From an uncultured Bacilli bacterium (lineage in GTDB: Bacteria > Bacillota_I > Bacilli_A > RF39 > UBA660): DNA of 44,782 nucleotides. This document shows positions 31,105 to 39,032 of the stretch, piece by piece. Each line of letters starts with the position of its first letter. Position 1 is the stretch's first letter. The notes under the pieces were generated by a model. That model ran no database searches. It saw nothing but the letters and a program-made list of their open reading frames with translations, and was not told where the DNA came from. The position numbers and the translations under genes are program-made. The stretch lies in the NCBI GenBank assembly GCA_947627925.1, contig CANQXW010000005.1, positions 1-44,782 of the forward strand. The letters run 5' to 3'.

Positions 31105-31368
31105 TAGGTAATCTTGATATTAAAGTGAGGTATGGTAAGAGCGGCAGCAATTACAATGCGCGGATTGTGAATAATAACGGGACTGTGAACAACAACAATT
31201 TGAACAATACGTGGGCGGTTCGTCCAGACTTCTATAACTTGAATGATAGTATGATTAAGGTTATACTTTAGGGAAGATAGAAGACAAAGATTATCTAGGA
31301 TGCATATCCAAAATAAAAACAGAGATGGTATGTTTTACGAAACAGCCTATAAACTCTGTTATTTTTTT
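31105..31368 (+). ncRNA. Candidate stand-alone DGR template RNA (TR plus structured spacer plus terminator)
   Basis: TATAAT at 31094-99. 31105-31115 pairs with 31287-31297 and 31229-35 pairs with 31277-83. Hairpins at 31248-67 and 31298-309. Ends in AACAGAG...CTCTGTT-ATTTTTTT. Confidence 0.6.
31128..31232 (+). repeat. DGR-like template repeat (TR)
   Basis: Intergenic and AAC/AAT-rich. Reads RYGKSGSNYNARIVNNNGTVNNNNLNNTWAVRPDF, collinear with the VR of the upstream gene. Confidence 0.85.
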
Positions 31369-31414
31369 GTCGAATTTTGTCGAAAAATTAGAAGTTTTGA
31401 CAACGTTTGTCGAA
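31368..31414 (+). promoter_or_regulatory. Three Spo0A-type boxes (TGTCGAA)
   Basis: Exact TGTCGAA at 31368, 31378 and 31408, directly upstream of TTGAAA-17-TATTAT (31419-31447). Confidence 0.6.
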
Positions 31415-31453
31415 AGTGTTGAAATTGGTTTTAAATTGGGTTATTATCATTCC

Positions 31454-31585
31454 TCGAAAGCGGGTTTTGGTTGATTATATTAATTTAAAAAAGTTTTCCT
31501 TTATGTCAAATTATCCTGTTTCTAATGACATGCCTACCCATTTCTTAGGTTATTAAAAACCTTCTCAAACTAATCCCGCTTTCCA
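31454..31585 (+). ncRNA. Candidate ~130-nt rod-like ncRNA upstream of miaB
   Basis: Terminal arms GAAAGCGGGTTTTGGTTGA and TCAAACTAATCCCGCTTTC; inner ATGTCA/TGACAT stem; promoter directly upstream. Confidence 0.4.
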
Positions 31586-31628
31586 ATTATTTGATTTTAT
31601 GTTAAAATACCACAAGGGAAGTGATAAT

Positions 31629-33041
31629 ATGCATCTACCAGATTTAAATGTTGCGAAAGATCGAACAAGTAAAGAAAATGTTTATTTAGATTTAAATGAA
31701 AACTATCAAAAAGTTTTTAAAGAGAAAAAATATTTCTTAAGAACTTATGGATGCCAAATGAATGTCCATGATAGTGAAGCAATTAGAAGTTATTTAGAAG
31801 CTTTAGGTTTTACTAATACGGAAAAATTAGAAGAAGCTAATGTTGTTGTTTTAAATACTTGTGCGATTAGAGAAAATGCTCGTGATAAAGTAGTGGGCTT
31901 TTTAGGAAAATGCCATTATCTCAAGAAAAATAGAGATGACTTTAAAATTGTTTTAGCGGGGTGCATGAGTGAACAACCAGATTTTATTGAAAGTATTTTA
32001 GCAAAACATAAATATATAGATATTGTTATTGGAACTCATAATATTCATGAACTTCCGAAATTACTTTTAGAAAATTTTTCGAAACAAACTATTGAAGTTT
32101 ATTCTAATAGTGATGAAATCATTGAAGGAATGCATTATGAAAGAGATTCCAAATATACAGCTTGGGTTAATATAATGTATGGCTGTGATAAATTTTGTAC
32201 TTATTGTATAGTGCCTTATACGAGAGGAAGAGAAAGAAGTAGAAAATTAGAAAGCATTATTAAAGAAGTAGAAGAATTAAAAGAAAAAGGTTATTTAGAA
32301 GTTACTTTACTTGGTCAAAATGTTAATGCCTATGGTCAAGATATTGGAGAAACTTTTAGTCATCTTTTAGAGTGTGTTGCGAAAACAGGCATTAAAAGAG
32401 TGCGATTTGTAACTAGTCATCCTTGGAATTTTACGGATAGTATGTTAAAGGTTATTTCAGAGTATGATAATATTATGCCTTATATTCATTTACCACTTCA
32501 ATCCGGTAGTGATAAAATCTTAAAAAGAATGAATCGGAGATATACTAAAGAAGAATATCTAACTTTATTTAGAAAAATGAAAGAAATGATTCCTAATGTG
32601 GCCATTACAACTGATATAATCGTGGGATTTCCTGGGGAAACAAAAGAAGACTTTGAAGAAACTTTAGATGTGGTTAGAACTTGTGAATTTGATGGTGCCT
32701 ATACATTTATTTTCTCGCCTAGAGTAGGGACTCCGGCTGCTTTAATGGAAGATAAAACACCAATAGAGGAAAAAGAGGAAAGACTCCAAGAACTTAATAA
32801 TTTAGTTAATTATTATTCTAATAAAAGTAATCAAAAATTATTAGGAAAAGAAGTTGAAGTTTTAATTTTAGGAGAGAGTGAAAAAGATGCAAGCAAAGTC
32901 TATGGCTATACAGATACCATGAAATTAGTTAATGTTTCCGGTCCTAAAGATATTATTGGTAAAATCGTTTCGGTTAAAATAACCGATGCTAAAAGTTTTA
33001 GTTTAGATGGCGAATATGTAAAAGAAAAGATAGAGGCTTAA
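31629..33041 (+). CDS. miaB: tRNA-2-methylthio-N6-dimethylallyladenosine synthase
   Basis: TYGCQMNVHDSE, NTCAIRENA, radical SAM CDKFCTYC, C-terminal TRAM domain. Start moved to ATG 31629. Confidence 0.96.
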   Translation: MHLPDLNVAKDRTSKENVYLDLNENYQKVFKEKKYFLRTYGCQMNVHDSEAIRSYLEALGFTNTEKLEEANVVVLNTCAIRENARDKVVGFLGKCHYLKKNRDDFKIVLAGCMSEQPDFIESILAKHKYIDIVIGTHNIHELPKLLLENFSKQTIEVYSNSDEIIEGMHYERDSKYTAWVNIMYGCDKFCTYCIVPYTRGRERSRKLESIIKEVEELKEKGYLEVTLLGQNVNAYGQDIGETFSHLLECVAKTGIKRVRFVTSHPWNFTDSMLKVISEYDNIMPYIHLPLQSGSDKILKRMNRRYTKEEYLTLFRKMKEMIPNVAITTDIIVGFPGETKEDFEETLDVVRTCEFDGAYTFIFSPRVGTPAALMEDKTPIEEKEERLQELNNLVNYYSNKSNQKLLGKEVEVLILGESEKDASKVYGYTDTMKLVNVSGPKDIIGKIVSVKITDAKSFSLDGEYVKEKIEA

Positions 33042-33042
33042 T

Positions 33043-34026
33043 CTATCTTTTTAAAATCTTAGAAACTTGGCTAGGTTCTTCAATTATTAAAGAAGAAGCA
33101 TTAAAGTTATAGCCAAGATTTTCTTTTCCCTCGTGTTTTATTTGATCGTCTTCTCTTTTTAAAAATCTTAAATAGTCTTCAAAAGTGTAAGGAGTTTGAA
33201 AAGAATAATCGTTAGTTTTTTCATAATAGTTGATATTTCGAAAAGATAAAGTAAAGCCATCAAGATAACATTTTAAGCTTTCTTTAGTTACTTTTATAAA
33301 ACCATTTTTTAAAAGAGTTTCGGCAACTTTTTTCCTTTGGGGATCCATATACATAAATATTCCCGGGTCACATCCTGATAGACCGATTAATCCTATACGG
33401 CTTAAAATATTTCTTTGCCACAAGAAAAATTGGGAATAAGTAACATCAATAATTTAATGCTCTTCGTCTAAAGTAGCCCAGACAAAATAATGAAAGCCAT
33501 TCCCATTATAAATTTGTTTATCTTCATTATAACCCGCTTCAATTTTTACTATCTTGGCATCAATATTTAGGGCTAAACAAAGCCTATAGACAAACGTTGC
33601 AGATTCAAAACAGTAATTAGTTAGATTCATTTTTTTAAATTCGCTATCAGTATAAATATCTTGGATTGACGCTAATTCATTGCGCCCTTGCATAACAATA
33701 GCATAAAGTTTAAATTCCGGATCATTGTAACTTAAGAGTTTTGGATTATTAAGATATTGAAAGTTAGGTGCAACCGGAGAAATAGAATGATAATTTAAAA
33801 ATTTTAGTTCAAAAAATATAATATTATTATACATTAAAGTATAAAAAAATTTATGTTCCACGGGATTTTTACCTAATTTTGAAATAATTTGGTGATGATA
33901 GTTATAAAATTCTTTGAAAATTTGAATAGTATTGGCTAGAGAAGCAGAATTTTCTAGTTTAATCTGAAATTCTTTGATTTTTTGATTATAAAGAAGTTTT
34001 AATTTATCTAATTTTAATTTATCCAT
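33043..34026 (-). pseudogene. Transglutaminase-like (Cys-His-Asp) protein interrupted by one in-frame TAA
   Basis: ORFs 33454-34059 and 33043-33423 are in the same frame. Read-through gives NYCFESA...HYFVWATLDEEH*IIDVTYSQFF. Likely start ATG 34026. Confidence 0.75.
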
Positions 34027-34169
34027 TATAAACTCTCCCAGTGCTTTATATTCTAACACTAGGTCTTAAAAATGAAAATATGTAAATTAACACTTTTAGA
34101 CAATAAAGGTTACAGTTTGCCATAAAATTTATAATATAGTATAATAATATTGCCAAAGAGGTGAATATT

Positions 34170-34646
34170 TTGAATAAAATAAAGAAAGTTTGGATGGAGA
34201 ATAAAATATTACTAGTTTTAGCCATTATTTTAGTTATTTGTTTAGCTATTTTTATTGGGGTATCTGTAACTTATTTTTATGGCTCTAGTAGTGATAAATA
34301 TGGAACTCGTTTAGATGCGACAAAAAATGTGCCTTTAAAAGATGAACTATTTAATGATATTAAAACAGAACTTACTAAAAGTGAAAGTGTTGCTAAAGTA
34401 GAAACGAATTTAAAGGGAAATATTGTTTATATCAATATTAATTTTGTTAGTGGTACTGATGTGGAGGCTGCTAAAAAGGTGGCTGATGTTGTTCCAACAT
34501 TATTTAATGATGATGAATTAGCCGTTTATGATTTACAATTTACTATTAAAAGTGAAGGTGATAATAATTTTACTTTAATGGGAGCGCGTAATTCTAATGG
34601 TAGTGGCTTAATTGTATGGAATAATAATAAAGTTCAAGAAGGATAA
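34170..34646 (+). CDS. Hypothetical membrane-anchored protein
   Basis: N-terminal TM helix; RBS GAGGTG favours TTG 34170 as the start. Confidence 0.7.
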   Translation: MNKIKKVWMENKILLVLAIILVICLAIFIGVSVTYFYGSSSDKYGTRLDATKNVPLKDELFNDIKTELTKSESVAKVETNLKGNIVYININFVSGTDVEAAKKVADVVPTLFNDDELAVYDLQFTIKSEGDNNFTLMGARNSNGSGLIVWNNNKVQEG

Positions 34647-34651
34647 TATTT

Positions 34652-36670
34652 ATGAAAAAGAAAAAATGGTTAATAATAATTCCTCTCGTTATTATCATTT
34701 TAATACTTGGAGGAACGATTATTTGGCAAACTCTTAGTAATGAAAGTAATTTAACAAGTGAAGAAAGAACCTGGATTAATAATAGTATTAATAATGTTCA
34801 AAATGTTTATGTGGTTAAAGATGAAAATATTTTTAGTAAAGGTGACCATGGCGTTTTCTATACTTTCTTAGATGATTTCTCTAATGAGTATGGGATAAAC
34901 ATTAATGTTGTTAATAGTGAAGTAGGAGCTACAGGAGCTGGGGTAAGTTTAAACTATACTCATGAAGAAGCCGAAAATGCGAAAGTTTTTGCCACTGATC
35001 ATTATGTTTTACTAAGTAAAAATAATGAATATTTTAATCAAAATAGTGATTTAAAAGGTCTTACTATTGGGGTCTTAAATGTTGATAAAGATTTTATTAA
35101 TAGTTATTTAAAAGATGAAAATGTAACCTTGAATGGTTATGAAACTATTGATGATTTAATTAAAAGTATGGATGGTAAAGAGACATATATAATTCTACCG
35201 AGAATGAAATATTTAGACCAAATACTTTCTCATAATTTTAATATGGTTTATCATTTGAGTGATGTTAATAATTATTATGCCTTAACAGGTATTGGAGATA
35301 TCTTTAGTAGTATATTAGAGAAATATTATTTGAGATGGCAAGATAATATTGATAAATTAATTAAAGAAGAAGAGTTTAAAATATTTACTAATTCTTTAAA
35401 TATTAGTGATCCTGATATTGATAAATTATTAAGCGTTAATTATAATTATGCTTTTATTAATAATAGTCCTTATGAAGTTATCATGAGTGGTAATTATGGG
35501 GGCATAGTAGCGGAATATTTACAAGAATTTAGTGAATTTTCGGGAATATTCTTTAATGTAACGAAGTATAGTAATTCCAATAAATTAGTTCGGGCAATTA
35601 ATCGGGATAAAGTAGATATTTACTTTGATTTTAACCAAGATTTTAATACTAATTATGATAGTACTTCTAATGGTATTACGAGTAGTCTTTCTATTATTTC
35701 GCATTATAATAATTTAAAAGGAATTAATTCTCTTTATAGTTTACAAGGGGAAACTGTTTATGTGGAAAGTGGTAGTAATTTAGAAAATTATTTAAAGAGT
35801 ATTGGCAATATTAATATTAAAAATTATCATAATAATGCTGAATTATTTGCTTTAAATAAAGAAAATGCAATTATTGTGATGGATACTTATATTTATAATT
35901 ATTACAGAAATAATAAACTAAATAATTATGTTAGTCGTTTTGAAACATTCATTAATGATAAATATGATTTTAAAATCAAAGCTGGTAATGATGTTTTAAA
36001 GAATTTATTAGATAAATATATAAATTATCTAGATCCAAGCACTACGATTAGTAATGGTATTAATAGTCATACTAAAACGGTTTATCATGGTAGTATTTTA
36101 AATAATATTGCGGTTTACTTTATTTTTAGTATTATTTTAGTATTAGTGATGGGTCTAGTTATTTATCGTAATAGTAAAAAGATAAGAATTGCTCATCGTC
36201 TTAAAAAAGATGATAAGATTCGTTTTATTGATGAACTTACTTGTTTAAAAAATCGTGCTTACTTAAGTGATTTTATGAAAACTTGGAGTAATAATACGAT
36301 TTATCCGCAAGCTATTATTGTAGTAGATTTAAATAGATTACAAGAGATAAATGATAAATATGGGGTGTTAGAAGGAGATAAACAAATTCAAGCAGCGGCG
36401 AATGCTTTAATTAAAACCCAACTTGATAATAGTGAACTTATGCGGAGTGATGGTAATGAATTTGTCGTTTACACTGTCGGTTATTCGCAAAAACAAATTA
36501 TTAATTATATCCATAAATTAAATAAAGAGTTAAGTAAACTTCCTTATAATTATGGGGCTGAATTTGGTTATAGTTTTATCTTAAATAATTTAAAAACGAT
36601 TGAAGATGCTTTAACGGAAGCAACCATGGATATGAAAAATAAAAAGGCTAGTGGTAAAGATGAAAAGTAA
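34652..36670 (+). CDS. Membrane sensor with two periplasmic-binding-protein-like domains and a degenerate GGDEF domain
   Basis: Two TM helices flank the extracellular region (LTSEERTWI, NNSPYE). C-terminal DELTCLKNR, INDKYG..EGD and RSDGNEF motifs. Confidence 0.8.
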   Translation: MKKKKWLIIIPLVIIILILGGTIIWQTLSNESNLTSEERTWINNSINNVQNVYVVKDENIFSKGDHGVFYTFLDDFSNEYGININVVNSEVGATGAGVSLNYTHEEAENAKVFATDHYVLLSKNNEYFNQNSDLKGLTIGVLNVDKDFINSYLKDENVTLNGYETIDDLIKSMDGKETYIILPRMKYLDQILSHNFNMVYHLSDVNNYYALTGIGDIFSSILEKYYLRWQDNIDKLIKEEEFKIFTNSLNISDPDIDKLLSVNYNYAFINNSPYEVIMSGNYGGIVAEYLQEFSEFSGIFFNVTKYSNSNKLVRAINRDKVDIYFDFNQDFNTNYDSTSNGITSSLSIISHYNNLKGINSLYSLQGETVYVESGSNLENYLKSIGNINIKNYHNNAELFALNKENAIIVMDTYIYNYYRNNKLNNYVSRFETFINDKYDFKIKAGNDVLKNLLDKYINYLDPSTTISNGINSHTKTVYHGSILNNIAVYFIFSIILVLVMGLVIYRNSKKIRIAHRLKKDDKIRFIDELTCLKNRAYLSDFMKTWSNNTIYPQAIIVVDLNRLQEINDKYGVLEGDKQIQAAANALIKTQLDNSELMRSDGNEFVVYTVGYSQKQIINYIHKLNKELSKLPYNYGAEFGYSFILNNLKTIEDALTEATMDMKNKKASGKDEK

Positions 36671-37529
36671 ACTAACCATGGCGAAAACAAAAATTAAAGA
36701 TTTTTTCCGGAATTTTAAAAAAGTCTTAAGAAGAAGTGATATGGTTGTTTTACCAGGTAACTTAGCTTTCTTCTTAGTCTTAGCCGTTATCCCATCTTTA
36801 GGTTTAATTTCTTATGCGGCTTCGGTTTTAAATTTATCAGTCGATTTTCTCTATGATTTTATTGCTAATTCATTTTCCAAAGAAATGGCCAATTTAATCT
36901 TGGGAGTTAATTTAAGTAATAATGCCGGCATGCATTTCTTCATTACAGTTATCATTGGTTTATATATCGCTTCCAATGGTGCTGACTCTATAATTACGGC
37001 GAGCAATACGATTTATGGCATTGAAAATAAAAGTTGGCTTAAAAGAAGACTCAAAGCTTTTGGCCTAACTTTTCTTATTGTCTTACTTTTAATATTCATG
37101 TTAATCGTTCCGGTATTCGGTAATTTAATTATTGAATTTGTTAAAGAAGTAAATATCAATGCGAGTATAACAGCGAAAGTAGTGCAAATATTTGATTTAA
37201 TTAAAGGTCCAATATCTTGGCTAATTATGTTTGTTATTATCAGAATTATTTATGCCATTGCGCCTGACCGGAAACATAAAAATCGAGTTCTTAATTATGG
37301 AGCCTTATTTACAACTTTTGGTTGGGTAATTGTAACAATGATTTATTCTAATTACGTTACTAATTATGCCGAGTATCAAGCATTATATGGAGGACTTGCC
37401 TCAATTGTGGCCTTAATGATTTGGTTTTATATCTTATCTTATATCTTCACGATTGGCATTGCCTTAAATAGTCAAAAAGATGATGAAAATTTGTTAAAAA
37501 CTGGTACCATAAAAAAATATAAGAAGTAA
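36660..37529 (+). CDS. YihY/BrkB family membrane protein
   Basis: LAFFLVLAVIP, YAIAP, YQALYGGLASIVALMIWFY motifs; about 6 TM helices. Confidence 0.88.
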   Translation: MKSKLTMAKTKIKDFFRNFKKVLRRSDMVVLPGNLAFFLVLAVIPSLGLISYAASVLNLSVDFLYDFIANSFSKEMANLILGVNLSNNAGMHFFITVIIGLYIASNGADSIITASNTIYGIENKSWLKRRLKAFGLTFLIVLLLIFMLIVPVFGNLIIEFVKEVNINASITAKVVQIFDLIKGPISWLIMFVIIRIIYAIAPDRKHKNRVLNYGALFTTFGWVIVTMIYSNYVTNYAEYQALYGGLASIVALMIWFYILSYIFTIGIALNSQKDDENLLKTGTIKKYKK

Positions 37530-37535
37530 ATAATA

Positions 37536-37571
37536 AAAATATGTACACGGGTATTACTTAGTACATATTTT
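37536..37571 (+). terminator. Intrinsic terminator after the YihY-family gene
   Basis: AAAATATGTAC...GTACATATTTT-T. Confidence 0.75.
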
Positions 37572-37678
37572 ATTTTGATATCAATCTAGTATTTTTTACT
37601 AACGATATTGAAGAGTAATACTTGAAAGAAACCGATGTGGGTTTCTTTTTTGAAGTTTTAAGTGAAATTTTTATGAAA

Positions 37679-37705
37679 TTAGCACTCGAGGGTTGCAATT
37701 GCTAA
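37679..37705 (+). promoter_or_regulatory. CIRCE (HrcA operator) overlapping the hsp20 promoter
   Basis: TTAGCACTC-N9-AATTGCTAA versus consensus TTAGCACTC-N9-GAGTGCTAA; overlaps TTGCAA-16-TATAAT (37693-37720). Confidence 0.85.
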
Positions 37706-37797
37706 AATTAGTGCTATAATTATAAATGTAAAGGACATAAATTCAGTTCTTTATGGGTATTATAATTATATGATTAGAAAAAAGGAGATGATATTAT

Positions 37798-38214
37798 ATG
37801 ATGATGATACCAAGAAGAAATAGTTATGATTTATGGGAGGAATTATTTAAAGATCCATTCTTTGGACCAAGTGAAAACAAAGTAATGCGTACTGATATCA
37901 AAGAAAATAAACATGATTATAACATTATTATGGATTTACCTGGTTATGATAAAGAAGATATCAAAGTTGATATTGAGAATGGTTATTTAAATATTTCAGC
38001 CACCATGAACAAAAGTAATGATGAAACTGAAAAAGGTAAGTTTGTAAGACGCGAAAGATATTTTGGTGAATGTTCTCGTAGCTTCTATATTGGAGAAGAT
38101 ATTAAAGAAGAAGATATTAAAGCATCTTTCAAAAATGGTACTTTGACATTAGTTGTCCCTAAGGTTGAAGAAACTAAAGAAATTTCGTCAAAAAAATATA
38201 TAGATATTGATTAA
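37798..38214 (+). CDS. Hsp20/alpha-crystallin small heat-shock protein
   Basis: MRTDIKE, DLPGYDKEDI, RRERYFG..SRSF and ASFKNGTLTLVVPK motifs. Confidence 0.95.
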   Translation: MMMIPRRNSYDLWEELFKDPFFGPSENKVMRTDIKENKHDYNIIMDLPGYDKEDIKVDIENGYLNISATMNKSNDETEKGKFVRRERYFGECSRSFYIGEDIKEEDIKASFKNGTLTLVVPKVEETKEISSKKYIDID

Positions 38215-38278
38215 TTAGAAGCACTTTTCAGTGCTTTTAAATTTATCGAAACATAAAATTAACTAGGGTGTTAGTTTT

Positions 38279-38974
38279 ATGTTTTTTAATTTAATAAATA
38301 TTATTAAAGGAATGTTATTTTTTACGGGGAGTTATGGCAATAATGTTTTTCCCCCACCATTATCTTCTGAAGAAGAAGAGAAATATGTCGATTTAATGCT
38401 TAAAGGGGATAGTAATGCCCGAAATATTTTAATCGAGCGGAATTTAAGATTAGTTGCCCACATTGTCAAAAAGTTTGATAGCAAAAGTGCCGATACTGAT
38501 GATTTAATAAGTATTGGGACCATTGGCCTAATCAAGGGCATTGATACTTATAAAAAAACTCCCAAAGTAAAAATAACGACATATGCGGCAAGATGTATTC
38601 AAAACGAGATTTTAATGTATTATCGGAGTAATAAGAAAAATCAATTTACGGTATCTTTAAATGATTCCATTGGTTATGATAAAGAAGGCAATGAAATCAA
38701 TTTAGCTGATCTTTTAGAAGATAAAAAAGAAGATATTTTAGACACTATTGAAATAAAAGATAATATTGCTCTTTTAAATAAATATTTAAATAAATTAAGT
38801 AAAAGAGAAAAAGAAATTATTATTAAAAGATATGGTTTAAATAATGAACGAGATTTAACCCAAAAAGAAATAGCCAAAATGATGGGGATATCGAGAAGTT
38901 ATGTTTCAAGAATTGAAAAGAGGGCTTTAACCAAAATTTTAAGAGAATTTATCAAAAACAAAAATAATTTGTAA
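38279..38974 (+). CDS. sigK: Sporulation sigma factor pro-sigma-K (uninterrupted)
   Basis: Hydrophobic pro-sequence, NNVFPPPLS, LIERNLRLVAHIVKKF, DDLISIGTIGLIK, IGYDKEGNEI and ISRSYVSRIEKRAL. Confidence 0.9.
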   Translation: MFFNLINIIKGMLFFTGSYGNNVFPPPLSSEEEEKYVDLMLKGDSNARNILIERNLRLVAHIVKKFDSKSADTDDLISIGTIGLIKGIDTYKKTPKVKITTYAARCIQNEILMYYRSNKKNQFTVSLNDSIGYDKEGNEINLADLLEDKKEDILDTIEIKDNIALLNKYLNKLSKREKEIIIKRYGLNNERDLTQKEIAKMMGISRSYVSRIEKRALTKILREFIKNKNNL

Positions 38975-39032
38975 AAGATTAGGGATGCAAAACCCCTTTT
39001 TTTTCGTTATAATATTAATTAGGTGGTATATT

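Noticed and set aside
29726-31368. Complete canonical DGR
   Set aside because: No RT or avd in the window, and TR/VR differ at non-adenine positions and in length. Reported as an orphan or trans-acting element instead.
31503-31556. 17-aa ORF MSNYPVSNDMPTHFLGY inside the candidate ncRNA
   Set aside because: No RBS, not hydrophobic and no convergent antisense unit, so there is no support for a third type I toxin.
38279-38974. skin-like element interrupting sigK
   Set aside because: The ORF is continuous through regions 2-4 and no recombinase is nearby.
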